A DNA stretch of 64,000 nucleotides from Minisyncoccota bacterium (GCA_041663045.1 JBAZRH010000002.1:193946-257945), one strand, 5' to 3'; shown: positions 10,521 through 20,425, counted from the first letter of the stretch. Program-made: numbers and translations. The notes: generated from the letters alone by a model not told the origin.

Positions 10521-11174
10521 TTACTCCCGCTCTTGTATCGCATAATCAATTCTGGTTTTTGCTCCACCTAGTATTGGATCGTCTAGTGAACAGAGTGGCC
10601 TCAGACCTTTACTTGAATATTCTAGCGTTTTGAATAAATATCCAAGAAATGAACCCGTATAACGATAACGAAGGATACATCCTTCAATTTTCTCCTCTAT
10701 GGGGTCAGAATAACCTCTCCAACGCCAAATTTGAGGGTATTTATCAATCCAATCATCAACTATGTATCTAATCCAAGAAATCAGTTCTCTTTGGGCTAGT
10801 GCATTTCCTTTCTGGGAAATTCTCACAAGGGCAACAATAATACGATCACGAATATGCCGGTCTTTCTCGTGTTGAGGCGACATGAATGTATAAAGTTTAT
10901 CCTTATATTTATTCAGTATCCTATCAACCTCATCTTGATTATCATATGGTTTGGCTTGCTTCCGACGATATCGTATCCAACGCTTTTGTAGATATCTGTG
11001 TAAATGACTTGTAACTCTGTCCCAATCTATAGAATTATTTTCCGTTCTGACATTTTTCTGAATATGACGGTAAACATTAGGAGTGCTAGCTAGTATCCAA
11101 GAGGGACTAAATTCTTTTGGTTGTTTTTCTTTAAGTGATTGACTAAGAATTTTAATCGCTGTATGAAAATGCAT
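10521..11174 (-). CDS. hypothetical protein (basic, Trp/Arg-rich)
   Basis: 217-aa ORF with no recognisable motif; lies directly downstream of tRNA-Lys and its terminator. Confidence 0.4.
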   Translation of the reverse strand: MHFHTAIKILSQSLKEKQPKEFSPSWILASTPNVYRHIQKNVRTENNSIDWDRVTSHLHRYLQKRWIRYRRKQAKPYDNQDEVDRILNKYKDKLYTFMSPQHEKDRHIRDRIIVALVRISQKGNALAQRELISWIRYIVDDWIDKYPQIWRWRGYSDPIEEKIEGCILRYRYTGSFLGYLFKTLEYSSKGLRPLCSLDDPILGGAKTRIDYAIQERE

Positions 11175-11201
11175 TTATTCTATTTTATCATTCAAGTAAA
11201 A

Positions 11202-11221
11202 CCCCGCTAGGAATAGCGGGG
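11202..11221 (-). terminator. intrinsic terminator hairpin after tRNA-Lys
   Basis: CCCCGCT-AGGAATA-AGCGGGG followed by a T-run on the minus strand. The hairpin 3' arm resembles the tRNA-Lys 3' end (ATTCCTAGCGGGG versus ATTCCTACTGGGGG). Confidence 0.55.
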
Positions 11222-11283
11222 GTTAACTTGACGACACGAAAGAAATGCTCTGTTGAGCCACCTCGGTCGGTCTCACTACGATG

Positions 11284-11356
11284 TGCCCCCAGTAGGAATC
11301 GAACCTACGACCATCTCCTTAAAAGGGAGCTGCTCTACCAACTGAGCTATGAGGGC
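11284..11356 (-). tRNA. tRNA-Lys (anticodon UUU)
   Basis: Cloverleaf with D-arm GCTCAGTTGGTAGAGC, anticodon loop CTTTTAA, T-arm GGTTCGATTCC and acceptor GCCCTCA/TGGGGGC; no CCA encoded. Confidence 0.85.
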
Positions 11357-11406
11357 ATATTTTCCGATACCGCAAAAATATAACAAGAAATTGAACAAAA
11401 GTCCAC

Positions 11407-12153
11407 TTACAGTTCCAAAATAAACTTTTCCAAAGCCACATAAAAATCCGTATTTCCTCTGTGCGCTTCGTGATACATAAAGACAAGTTTCTCGGCGATA
11501 GTTTCTAGCTCACCGTCTTTAGAAAAATTTCTCCCATATTCACGAGCTTTTTGAAATGGATACGGTTTCATATTTGCTTCGGCTGGAGTTTTGCACTTTT
11601 TTGCCAAGAGCATGCTTTTGATTTGCCAGAAAAATATCCCATGCACTTCCTCGGCTGGTACTTGCTCGGCGAGAGCATCTTGATATAGCACCCAAAGCCC
11701 CCTTTTATCTCTCTTTCCTAGTGCATCGGCGAATTCAAAGAAATCTATTTTTTCGCCTTTCAGCGCCAGTGCTTGCTTTTTTGTCAGAGTTTTTTCTGGC
11801 TTGATAAATTCTTCCACTTTTTCGGCATTTTTTTCTATTTTCGCCAGACTTGTCTTGTCCATCTTGCCTTCAGCAAATATAAAAATATTTTCAGACTTCG
11901 CAATATCTTTTATATCTTTCAAAATCAATTCTTTATTCTCTTTATTATCAAAAGTTTTATGGAGATAGATTAAATATTTATTATAGAAAAGTGCTTGCGT
12001 ACCGATAAGTTCATCTATTCTTCCTTGTGAAAGTGGCTCATCACCGATTTTTATAAGTGTTGCCCCCTCGTGCTTTTTCAGCGAAGAATCCACCGTAATA
12101 TTGGCTTTTCGGCTCGCCTTTTCTGTGTCTGTCCCGTAATAAAAGTAAATCAT
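11407..12153 (-). CDS. holA: DNA polymerase III delta subunit
   Basis: MIYFYYGTD N-terminus and a C-terminal delta-subunit-like helical region. Confidence 0.55.
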   Translation of the reverse strand: MIYFYYGTDTEKASRKANITVDSSLKKHEGATLIKIGDEPLSQGRIDELIGTQALFYNKYLIYLHKTFDNKENKELILKDIKDIAKSENIFIFAEGKMDKTSLAKIEKNAEKVEEFIKPEKTLTKKQALALKGEKIDFFEFADALGKRDKRGLWVLYQDALAEQVPAEEVHGIFFWQIKSMLLAKKCKTPAEANMKPYPFQKAREYGRNFSKDGELETIAEKLVFMYHEAHRGNTDFYVALEKFILEL

Positions 12154-12872
12154 AGTAGTATTTTTACGGCTATAGCTATAGCTGCGGTTTCTGCGCGGAG
12201 AACTGGCTCACCGAGTGAAATCGCTTCAATCTTTTTTTCTTTAAAAAATTCCCGTTCCTTTTCTGTCCAACCGCCTTCTGGGCCGATCAATACACCGATT
12301 TTATTGCCGGAAATTTTTGTCGCCGAAAGTGGTTTGTCCGAGAAATCCAGTGTAAAAAGTGTCCCGTCAAAATCCTCAATCGCCACAGCAAGCTCTGCCG
12401 GCACAAAAATTTCTGGCACTCTTCCCTTGCCCGACTGCTCGCTCGCCTCTTTTGCTATTTTTTGTAATCTCTCAATATTCAAATCTTTTTTCTCGCTCCT
12501 TTCCGAAATTATTGGGTGAAAAGATGCTGCACCTATTTCTGTGCATTTTTGGACTATAAGTTCAAAATTATCTTTTTTAATTATCGATTGGAAAATGTGT
12601 AGGGCGATTTTCGGCTCGGCGACTGTTTTTTTCTCCCCCACTTTCAAAATCGCTTCCTTTTTTGTAAGCAATTCAAATTCTGTTTCATATTCAAAACCTG
12701 TACCATCAAAAATAATTATTTTGCTTGCCCCGTCAAATTGATTTTTATTTGGCTTGGGGTCCCCAGCTTTTAAGCGAAAAACTTTTCCCCATTGGTTTAA
12801 AAGCTCAGAATCGTCAATTCTCAATTTATCCCCCTGTATTCTTTGATTGATATAAAATCTGTGTAATCGCAT
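12150..12872 (-). CDS. rsmE: 16S rRNA (uracil1498-N3)-methyltransferase RsmE
   Basis: MRLHRFYI N-terminus, GPEGGWTEKE, and C-terminal LGEPVLRAETAAIAI (SPOUT knot). Confidence 0.8.
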   Translation of the reverse strand: MRLHRFYINQRIQGDKLRIDDSELLNQWGKVFRLKAGDPKPNKNQFDGASKIIIFDGTGFEYETEFELLTKKEAILKVGEKKTVAEPKIALHIFQSIIKKDNFELIVQKCTEIGAASFHPIISERSEKKDLNIERLQKIAKEASEQSGKGRVPEIFVPAELAVAIEDFDGTLFTLDFSDKPLSATKISGNKIGVLIGPEGGWTEKEREFFKEKKIEAISLGEPVLRAETAAIAIAVKILL

Positions 12873-13005
12873 AACAGAAGTGTAGAACGAAAAACGAAAA
12901 AATCAAAATCTCTTTTGTCTTGACTTATGGAATACTGATGCTAATCTGGTTTTAGACAATGTTTGTGAGATCATTGTGATTTCACTCAAAAGCAAGGAGA
13001 TCGCT

Positions 13006-13401
13006 ATGAGTTCAAGTTATAAGTTTGATGGGCGACGAGTGGACCTTAAGGTTATGTCAGATGTCGCAGGCATCTCGACGAAGGATATTTACCTCGCAAT
13101 GGAAAGGTGGACGAAGGGAGAACAAGACAAGCGCGAGGAAATCGAAGAAGAAGATCAACACCTGCACGATCAGCTCAATAAGGCCAAAACTATCGAAGAG
13201 ATTGATCAAGTTATTGATGCCTGCCCAATGAGGGCTGGTGAATTGCTGATTGAGGCGAAGTATAAAAGGCATGCTTTGTGGCTTCAAATGCTACGGCATG
13301 CCAAGAGCAAGAAGGTAGTGATTGACTTGTTTATCCGTGCCAATGACAGGCAGGATCAATATTACGCCATTCAAAAGCTCTCGGAGTTCTTTCAGGTTTG
13401 A
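13006..13401 (+). CDS. hypothetical protein (G+C visibly above flanks)
   Basis: Probable start at MSSSYKF preceded by AAGGAG; followed by terminator hairpin CGGGTCGTGC-AAAGTAG-CACGACCCG-TTTT at ~13421..13450. Confidence 0.45.
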   Translation: MSSSYKFDGRRVDLKVMSDVAGISTKDIYLAMERWTKGEQDKREEIEEEDQHLHDQLNKAKTIEEIDQVIDACPMRAGELLIEAKYKRHALWLQMLRHAKSKKVVIDLFIRANDRQDQYYAIQKLSEFFQV

Positions 13402-13551
13402 TTTGTGTGGTCAACACAACGGGTCGTGCAAAGTAGCACGACCCGTTTTCTTGTCAAACTTCCTTTTTTGATGTATCTTTGAATTGGTTGTTTATTCGTA
13501 GCCATTCGTTGTATTAGTACCATTCGTATATTAGTATTTTAATTTAAAAAT

Positions 13552-14127
13552 ATGTCATACTTAATCCCAACAGTAATTGAGAAAAGCCAGTTTGGCGAAA
13601 GAGCTTTTGATATTTATTCAAGATTGCTCAAAGAAAATATCGTTTTCCTTGGTGGGCCGATAGATGATGAAACGGCCAATATCGTCATTGCCCAACTTCT
13701 CTTTTTACAATTTGAAAATCCAAAGAAAGATATTCAGCTTTATATCAACTCCCCTGGAGGTTCTGTTTCTGCGGCTCTTGCCATCTTGGACACGATGAAT
13801 CATGTGAAGAATGATATTTCGACAGTCTGTGTGGGACTTGCGGCTTCAGCAGCAGCTCTCTTGCTCTCTTCAGGAAAGAAAGGAAAGAGATTTGCCTTAC
13901 CAAATTCTGAAATAATGATTCATCAGCCGATGGGTGGTGCGCAAGGGCAAGCTTCTGATATTGAAATCACGGCGAGGCAGATTTTGAAATTGAAAGGTAA
14001 ACTAACGAAGATAATCGCTGAAAATACAGGTAAAACAGTTGCGCAAATAGAAAAAGATTCTGACAGAGACTACTACATGTCAGCAGATGAGGCGAAGAAG
14101 TATGGGGTGGTGGATAGGGTGTTGTAG
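13552..14127 (+). CDS. clpP: ATP-dependent Clp protease proteolytic subunit
   Basis: [41 protein letters not shown] plus the catalytic-region segments MIHQPMGG (His) and [11 protein letters not shown] (Ser, GxSxG-type). Confidence 0.9.
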   Translation: MSYLIPTVIEKSQFGERAFDIYSRLLKENIVFLGGPIDDETANIVIAQLLFLQFENPKKDIQLYINSPGGSVSAALAILDTMNHVKNDISTVCVGLAASAAALLLSSGKKGKRFALPNSEIMIHQPMGGAQGQASDIEITARQILKLKGKLTKIIAENTGKTVAQIEKDSDRDYYMSADEAKKYGVVDRVL

Positions 14128-14175
14128 AAGATAGATTCACGATTCAAGATTCAGGAATTAAGAATAAATACAAAA

Positions 14176-14200
14176 GGCGGGCGCGCTTCGCGCGCCCGCC
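14176..14200. terminator. bidirectional intrinsic terminator (clpP and the convergent thrH-like gene)
   Basis: GGCGGGCGCGC-TTCG-GCGCGCCCGCC with an A-run upstream and TTTTGTGTTGTGTTTT downstream. Confidence 0.8.
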
Positions 14201-14214
14201 TTTTGTGTTGTGTT

Positions 14215-14820
14215 TTAGAGTATTTTGGAAATTATTTTTTTCAAATCGATGTAAGTCTGTGCTACTTCAATATTCTTCTCTTGTTTTAGGAGTTTGGGTG
14301 ATGGCCTGAAGAGTATTCCTTTTTCAGCGCCTTTTAGCATTTTCAAATCGTTGAAGCTGTCCCCTATTGCAATCGTGAAATATCCGGCTTTTTGAAATCT
14401 CTGTATCATTTCTATTTTCCCGTCCTTTTCTCGGAGTTTGTATCCGACAACATTCCCCTTTCTATCCACCTCAAGAGTATTTGCAAAAGTAAGCGGATGG
14501 CCGAGCTTTGCGATGAGTGGCATTATGTAATCATAAAAGCTTCCGGTAAGTATGAGAGGCTGTGCCACACCGGTATCTCTGATCCACTTTACAAATTCTC
14601 TCGCGCCGAGAAATGGTTTCATTTTCGCTACAACTTTTTTTATTTTTTCAATATTATATTTATTTTTTTTCAAAATCTTAATCCTCATTTGCATGAGTTT
14701 GTCATAATCCGGAATATCTCTCGTGGTCAAAGCAAGCTCTTTTATGCCTGTGACGATAGCAAATTCTTCCCAGAATTCTGGTATAAGCACACCTTCAAGA
14801 TCCATGCATATTAATTTCAT
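14215..14820 (-). CDS. thrH: ThrH-like HAD phosphoserine phosphatase
   Basis: Near-collinear similarity to Pseudomonas ThrH: MKLICMDLEGVLIPE, TTRDIPDYD, GDSFND and GILF. Confidence 0.75.
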   Translation of the reverse strand: MKLICMDLEGVLIPEFWEEFAIVTGIKELALTTRDIPDYDKLMQMRIKILKKNKYNIEKIKKVVAKMKPFLGAREFVKWIRDTGVAQPLILTGSFYDYIMPLIAKLGHPLTFANTLEVDRKGNVVGYKLREKDGKIEMIQRFQKAGYFTIAIGDSFNDLKMLKGAEKGILFRPSPKLLKQEKNIEVAQTYIDLKKIISKIL

Positions 14821-15122
14821 ACTGTAATATATAACACAAAATGGCGGTTTTGGCTTGTCCGCCTAGGGCGTGACGAAGCGAAACCGCCATTTTGTGTTGT
14901 TTTCCATGACTTTTCTACTGGTAGGGACGGCAAGCCCGACTCGGCTGATTTTCCTAGACATTTCCCTCAAAATGCGATACTATTATCCTGTTAGCAATTT
15001 AATTTTAAAGATTCCGTTTTTTCAGATTTTAAGCAAGCAGTATGTTGTTAAAAATGAAATTAGTTAGTGAAAACATAAAGCAGGTGAAAAAACTCTAAAG
15101 GGGCGAAATCTTTTTCGCAATT

Positions 15123-16652
15123 ATGTCATTAAAAATAGTAATTCTTCTCGCAGGCCTTGCAGGTCTTTTCGGCATTGCGATAGGTTACTTCTTGCGACTT
15201 ATCATCTCTCTCGGTAAGAAGGGATCAATGGAACTTGAGATCCGACAGATGATGCTAAGCGCCGAGGAGAAAGCCAAGAAGATAATTATCGACGCGGAGA
15301 CGAAGTCCGTCGAGGTAATGAAAGAGATCAAAGAAGAAACACGTCAGAGGGAAGAAAAATTTAAACAAACAGAAGACCGTCTTATAAAGAAAGAGGGACT
15401 TTTGGATGGAAGACAACAGGATATAGACAAAGAAGTAGAGAGTCTGAAGCAAAAAGTCGTTGAAATCAAGGAAATTCGCGATAGAGCCGACAAACTTGAG
15501 ACACAGAAACTTGGAGATTTGCAATCTATTGCAAAGATGACTGAAGAAGATGCAAAGACTTCTCTGCTTGGAGCGATGGAGAGAAAATATGAAGAAGATT
15601 TGCTTGGGAGAATGAAAAAGCTTGAAGAGAATGGTGCAGAGAAAATGGAACACAGAGCTCGCGAGATTCTCGTCACATCGATTCAGAGACTTTCTACATC
15701 TGTTGCACCGGACATTATGTCTACGATGCTCAGTATTCCATCCGATGAAATGAAAGGAAAGATTATCGGTAAAGAGGGTAAGAATATTAAAGCCTTTGAA
15801 AGAGCTACTGGTGTTGAGGTTATAGTAGATGACACTCCTGGTGTCATCACCATCTCCTCTTTTGATCCGATCAGAAGACAAATAGCTAGAGTTGCTCTTG
15901 AAAACTTGCTCATGGACGGCAGAATACAACCAGCGAAGATTGAAAAGATAGTTGAAAAAGCTCAGCAAGATATAAACAAGATAATCAAAGAAAAAGGCGA
16001 ACAAGCTGTATATGAATGCGGAATTTTGAATCTTGACCCTAGGGTTATACAGATTCTCGGTAGACTACACTTTAGAACAAGTTATGGGCAAAATGTTTTG
16101 CAACACTCCATAGAAATGTCCCATATTGCAGGTATGATAGCTGAAGAAGTTGGTGCAAATGTGCAGGTAGCAAAAGCCGGTGCGCTTGTGCATGATATCG
16201 GAAAAGCACTCGATCATGAAGTTGCAGGGACACATGTCGAAATCGGTAGAAGGATTTTACAGAAATTCGGTGTGAGCGAGGAGATCATAAAAGCCATGCA
16301 GTCTCACCATGAAGAATATCCAGCTGAAAATCTTGAAGCTGTGATAGTCACTGTGGCGGATGCGATATCTGGTGGAAGGCCGGGCGCAAGAAGCGATAGT
16401 ATTGAGAATTATATAAAGAGATTGCAGGAGCTTGAGGCTTTGGCAAATTCATTCCAAGGGGTTGAGAAATCCTACGCTTTGCAGGCAGGGCGAGAAATAA
16501 GGATTTTTGTCACTCCGGAGCAGATTACGGATATTGAAGCCAAGAAAATGGCTAGAGATATAGCGGATAAAATAGAGAGTGATCTCAAATACCCTGGAGA
16601 AATCAAGGTTACGGTGATAAGAGAGTCAAGAGTAATAGAATACGCGAGATAA
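15123..16652 (+). CDS. rny: ribonuclease Y
   Basis: N-terminal TM helix, coiled-coil, KH domain (IGKEGKNIKAFE) and HD domain (HDIGKA). Confidence 0.9.
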   Translation: MSLKIVILLAGLAGLFGIAIGYFLRLIISLGKKGSMELEIRQMMLSAEEKAKKIIIDAETKSVEVMKEIKEETRQREEKFKQTEDRLIKKEGLLDGRQQDIDKEVESLKQKVVEIKEIRDRADKLETQKLGDLQSIAKMTEEDAKTSLLGAMERKYEEDLLGRMKKLEENGAEKMEHRAREILVTSIQRLSTSVAPDIMSTMLSIPSDEMKGKIIGKEGKNIKAFERATGVEVIVDDTPGVITISSFDPIRRQIARVALENLLMDGRIQPAKIEKIVEKAQQDINKIIKEKGEQAVYECGILNLDPRVIQILGRLHFRTSYGQNVLQHSIEMSHIAGMIAEEVGANVQVAKAGALVHDIGKALDHEVAGTHVEIGRRILQKFGVSEEIIKAMQSHHEEYPAENLEAVIVTVADAISGGRPGARSDSIENYIKRLQELEALANSFQGVEKSYALQAGREIRIFVTPEQITDIEAKKMARDIADKIESDLKYPGEIKVTVIRESRVIEYAR

Positions 16653-16674
16653 TTTGTCAACCTTTTCTCCCCTA

Positions 16675-16702
16675 TTGCACTTAATTCGCAACGTATTATA
16701 AT
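16675..16702 (+). promoter_or_regulatory. sigma-70-type promoter for hup (TTGCAC, 16 nt spacer, TATAAT)
   Basis: TTGCAC at 16675-16680 and TATAAT at 16697-16702; about 155 nt untranslated leader before hup. Confidence 0.5.
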
Positions 16703-16858
16703 ACCCACAGGTCTCTAAACCCTTTGTGAGTACTTATTTAGGAAGTGAGAAACCAGAATAAGCACAAGGAAAGCACATAAGGGGTCGTATATTATAAGCT
16801 TCGTGTGTCCCTGACCTGATACGCGAATAATTAAAAGAATCGCAAGATTCATAACATT

Positions 16859-17131
16859 ATGAATAAAGCAGCAATTGTAGATGCAGTACACGGCGTTCTA
16901 AATGGTACAAAGGTACAAGCAGAACAAGTCGTTGATACAGTATTTGATTCAATCGTCGCTTCTTTGAAGAAAGGCGAAGAAGTATCAGTAGCAGGTCTCG
17001 GAATCTTCTCAGTCAAGGCAAGAGCAGCCAGACAAGCAAGAAACCCAAGAACAGGCGAAACCATTCAGGTTAAGGCCATGAAGGTTCCAAAATTCAGAGC
17101 AGCAAAGGCTTTGAAGGATGCAGTTAAGTAA
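16859..17131 (+). CDS. hup: DNA-binding protein HU
   Basis: MNKAAIVDAV...GEEVSVAGLGIFSVKARAARQARNPRTGETIQV, the canonical HU fold. Confidence 0.9.
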   Translation: MNKAAIVDAVHGVLNGTKVQAEQVVDTVFDSIVASLKKGEEVSVAGLGIFSVKARAARQARNPRTGETIQVKAMKVPKFRAAKALKDAVK

Positions 17132-17225
17132 TTCTTAATAAAAAAACACCCCCAACGGGGTGTTTTTTTATTTTTGAATTACTAAATTAATGAAAAAAGC
17201 GCCACTCGGCGCTTTTTTGATTTGT

Positions 17226-17435
17226 TTAAATCTGATCTTTCCTACGTAATTCCTTCCATGCGTTTGTATTTCTAAACCAAGGGCAAGCTATCATACCAGC
17301 GTATGAGAGCACAAGGAGAATCAGAGCACTCCAATATAAGTTTACCTCGTTTTTTATAACAAAAAGGAAATAATAGACGGCGATATACCATATTACGGCT
17401 TCTGCAATTCCCCAAGACCAATTTTTTGCTGACAT
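17226..17435 (-). CDS. small hypothetical membrane protein
   Basis: 69 aa with two hydrophobic helices, flanked by terminators. Confidence 0.35.
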   Translation of the reverse strand: MSAKNWSWGIAEAVIWYIAVYYFLFVIKNEVNLYWSALILLVLSYAGMIACPWFRNTNAWKELRRKDQI

Positions 17436-17588
17436 AATAATTTGTGAATTATTTTTTAATAAATGCGACTTTTATTTTATATAATTATAACAAATAATAG
17501 AGATGGTATTGGTATACGCTGATGTTGACATTCTTTCTGTAGGTGTTAGATTCTGTATGGAACTGAACAAAAAACATAAGGAGAGAAG

Positions 17589-17903
17589 ATGAATATTCAG
17601 GAACAGAGTCGTAGTGTTTACCGATACATGATAACCGTATCGACGGTGCTGTGGCTGGCGGGGCTTGGCTTGATGGTTGCCTCTTTCGCTCGGTTGATTT
17701 TTATCTTCAACAACGGTCAGTGGTCATTGCGCGCCTGTGTCATATCCGCAATGATTCTGACGGCCTTCGTGAGCTATGTCGTACGTAATGTGCCATCAGT
17801 ATACATTCGTCCGATTGGAAATGGCGGATGGGAGCTACACTCAAGCCGGCATATCACCTACCCCGTTATCTTTCTCGCAATGGTCCTACTCTTCACATCT
17901 TAG
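17589..17903 (+). CDS. hypothetical membrane protein (G+C above flanks)
   Basis: Shine-Dalgarno sequence AAGGAGAG upstream, three hydrophobic segments, terminator hairpin at ~17928..17955. Confidence 0.45.
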   Translation: MNIQEQSRSVYRYMITVSTVLWLAGLGLMVASFARLIFIFNNGQWSLRACVISAMILTAFVSYVVRNVPSVYIRPIGNGGWELHSSRHITYPVIFLAMVLLFTS

Positions 17904-18011
17904 TCTGTGATCGAGTGAGGACTAAAGCCACCTCATCTCTGAGGTGGTTTTTATTTTGTATAAAAAAAGAGGGCTAGATTTTATCTAGCCCCCAAAACAA
18001 CCGATTGTTGT

Positions 18012-18338
18012 CTATGATTCGGGGAAACGATCATTGAAATATTCCAGGTTATTGTTAATTCGTTTGATATCTGAGGGAATCGAGCCCGGCAGTTCTCCCA
18101 CCTGTGTTCTCGATAATTTTCCCAGGACTCTGCTCATATTTACAATCAATTTCCTTTTGAGTATTTCTACGGCATTCTTTCTTGAAATCCCTTTGCATCT
18201 AACAACTCCCTTACCTTTACATGCCGTACATCTTTGGTAACTATAGCCCGTAGGACCTGTTCCTGTGTTTTCTATCAGTTCGCCACGGCCATAACAACGT
18301 GGACATATTTTCGAACTGCTTTTCTGTTTCGTTGACAT
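18012..18338 (-). CDS. small DnaJ-type zinc-finger (CXXCXGXG x2) protein
   Basis: CPRCYGRG...CTACKGKG. Confidence 0.5.
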   Translation of the reverse strand: MSTKQKSSSKICPRCYGRGELIENTGTGPTGYSYQRCTACKGKGVVRCKGISRKNAVEILKRKLIVNMSRVLGKLSRTQVGELPGSIPSDIKRINNNLEYFNDRFPES

Positions 18339-18523
18339 GTTATCCTTTTTTTCTTACCAATTTCAAACGTTTAACACGATATTCGCAGAAAGCAGAACCA
18401 ACTTGGTCTTGGCAATGATCTGCAAACCGCCTCGCCTCCCTTCCATCCTCGAAAGCTTTGCCATAAACACTTGTTCGCCTACCAGTTTCGCCAATTATTA
18501 TACAGATACTTTTCATTCTCATG

Positions 18524-18823
18524 TTATCCTTTCTTTTTCCTCTTGTAAGAACACTTTTCATACCTGAACCATTCAAGAACCTCTATAATTTCGCCAATAA
18601 GATGAAACTCCTCGAGTTGCCGTTGTGTGATTTTGTTAATGGCGTTTTCTTTTACGATCTCTGTGAATTCTAACAACCTTTTTAAGAGTTCTTCTTTTAG
18701 TAATGGTGAATCAGCGTTCTGTTTGAGCATCCCTTTCCAATCATATATTCTACTTGCTCTTTCCCTGTCTGGAATTACACAATGATCTTCCTCGTCTTCC
18801 CCGTTTGAATACCACATACCCAT
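18524..18823 (-). CDS. hypothetical acidic protein
   Basis: 99-aa ORF within a tight co-directional 4-gene cluster. Confidence 0.4.
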   Translation of the reverse strand: MGMWYSNGEDEEDHCVIPDRERASRIYDWKGMLKQNADSPLLKEELLKRLLEFTEIVKENAINKITQRQLEEFHLIGEIIEVLEWFRYEKCSYKRKKKG

Positions 18824-18852
18824 AATTCATCCCTTCCAGTAGTTCGTCCTTT

Positions 18853-19161
18853 TTACTTACATTTCGACACTACAATCATAAGCGTCTTCTTAACGAGTTT
18901 GATTTCTCGTTTAAGGCGCGGAATTTCTTCTGAACGATACTGTTTTAATTCATCTTGTTTCTCGCGTAGTGTGTTCCTGATTTCTGATATATCTTTTCTC
19001 CTAACTTCATCGATCAGGATAACACCTTTCCCTGCGCACCTTCGACAGTCGTTATAACTGCTTACCAGGGTATTATCAGCGTGCCAACTTCCCGAGTAAC
19101 TTGTCGTGTAGCCACGCCCGTCACATTCTGGACACGGAATTGATTTGACCTTTTTTGACAT
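18853..19161 (-). CDS. small DnaJ-type zinc-finger (CXXCXGXG x2) protein, paralog of 18012..18338
   Basis: CPECDGRG...CRRCAGKG. Confidence 0.5.
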   Translation of the reverse strand: MSKKVKSIPCPECDGRGYTTSYSGSWHADNTLVSSYNDCRRCAGKGVILIDEVRRKDISEIRNTLREKQDELKQYRSEEIPRLKREIKLVKKTLMIVVSKCK

Positions 19162-19255
19162 ATTTCTCTCCTTTCAAATAACCAATATCCAGGCTCAAAT
19201 TAGCATAAACTAAAATAAACTTGCAAAAAGTGTATAAAAGATATACACTTGTATT

Positions 19256-20014
19256 ATGCAGAAATTGGATAAAATAATAGAAAAAGCTTCATTTAGTAAG
19301 CGAGAAGCCGAGATTATATCGGTTATTTATAAAAACGGACATGCAAATATCCTCTCCTTATCAAAAGATATAGGTCTAGCTCGCCCAAGTATTTATTCAG
19401 CAGTAAAAGATTTGACGGCAAGAAGAGTTTTGTCGAAAAAGAAGAAAGGCAAGAGAATTGTTTTTGTAATAAATAAAGATTTTGATATTCGCTCTCTATA
19501 CCAAGAGACTTCTAAACAGATATCTGAATCGCTTAATCTTCCAGTAAAGAAAAACTCTGATAGTGGCCTAATGCCCTATTTCAAAGATTTGAATGGATTT
19601 TTGGATTTGGCTCTTAAATTAAAGAGAGGAGAAGTGATTTATTCTATCGAAACGCCCGAAGATATAGATGTTCTACTTAAGAATACAGAGAAAGAGTGGT
19701 TGAAACATTGGCAAGAAACCGTAGCCAGGAAAGGCATTGTGTTAAAAGGTATAAGTAGTCCGACGGGTCTAGATATTTTTAAGAAAAGCCTTGGAAATCT
19801 TTCAGAAATACTCAAAAAGAGAAGTGGAAGTGCTAGATTTATCTCTGATATTAAAATACAGACAAGCATTGTGTCATTTAAGGATTATATTTGTTTCTTT
19901 AATAGGCGAAATAAGAAATTTGTTGTTATAAAAGATGAAACTATAGCGACGACGATGCAATCGATAATAGATTTTATCTATAATATTTCAGAGTATAAAA
20001 ACTTATTCCCTTAA
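19256..20014 (+). CDS. TrmB-like transcriptional regulator (winged HTH)
   Basis: N-terminal HTH ILSLSKDIGLARPSIYSAVKDLTARRVL; paralogous to 26495..27265 and 37505..38269. Confidence 0.55.
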   Translation: MQKLDKIIEKASFSKREAEIISVIYKNGHANILSLSKDIGLARPSIYSAVKDLTARRVLSKKKKGKRIVFVINKDFDIRSLYQETSKQISESLNLPVKKNSDSGLMPYFKDLNGFLDLALKLKRGEVIYSIETPEDIDVLLKNTEKEWLKHWQETVARKGIVLKGISSPTGLDIFKKSLGNLSEILKKRSGSARFISDIKIQTSIVSFKDYICFFNRRNKKFVVIKDETIATTMQSIIDFIYNISEYKNLFP

Positions 20015-20421
20015 TTATTGTTAGAGAATCTCTTGATATATTCTCTAACAATACTCTCACAATTAAAAGCGAATCTTAACCCTTCCAACTTCCCCACTGA
20101 GAAGAATTCCCCGCACTGCCCTTCTTTGACCTTTAGATTTCTTAATTTTATTTGATTATCTACTTTTCTAAACATATGTATGTCGTAACCGTCAAAAGGG
20201 AAAACGCCTAAATATTCTGGATCTAAAAGCGTGTAACCTAATTCTTCTTTTATCTCTCTGATTATCGCTTCTTTCGGGGTTTCTCCTTTCTCGATTTGTC
20301 CACCGAAAGTTCCCCAAGTATTTGGATAAGGTATTGCACTTTTATTATCTCTTAACTGTAAGAGAATCTCTCCTTTAGTATTTTCTAATATAAGTCCACA
20401 TTGTGGTCTGTCTTTAGACAT
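20011..20421 (-). CDS. NUDIX hydrolase
   Basis: Nudix box GGQIEKGETPKEAIIREIKEELGY; start codon 5 nt from the tRNA-Gly 3' end. Confidence 0.8.
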   Translation of the reverse strand: MSKDRPQCGLILENTKGEILLQLRDNKSAIPYPNTWGTFGGQIEKGETPKEAIIREIKEELGYTLLDPEYLGVFPFDGYDIHMFRKVDNQIKLRNLKVKEGQCGEFFSVGKLEGLRFAFNCESIVREYIKRFSNNN

Positions 20422-20425
20422 TTTG

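Noticed and set aside
18340-18576. 78-aa ORF overlapping the start of 18524..18823 in another frame
   Set aside because: It overlaps the neighbouring ORF by 53 nt and shows weak coding character. Its 60-aa internal-Met version may be real, but I cannot support it from sequence alone.
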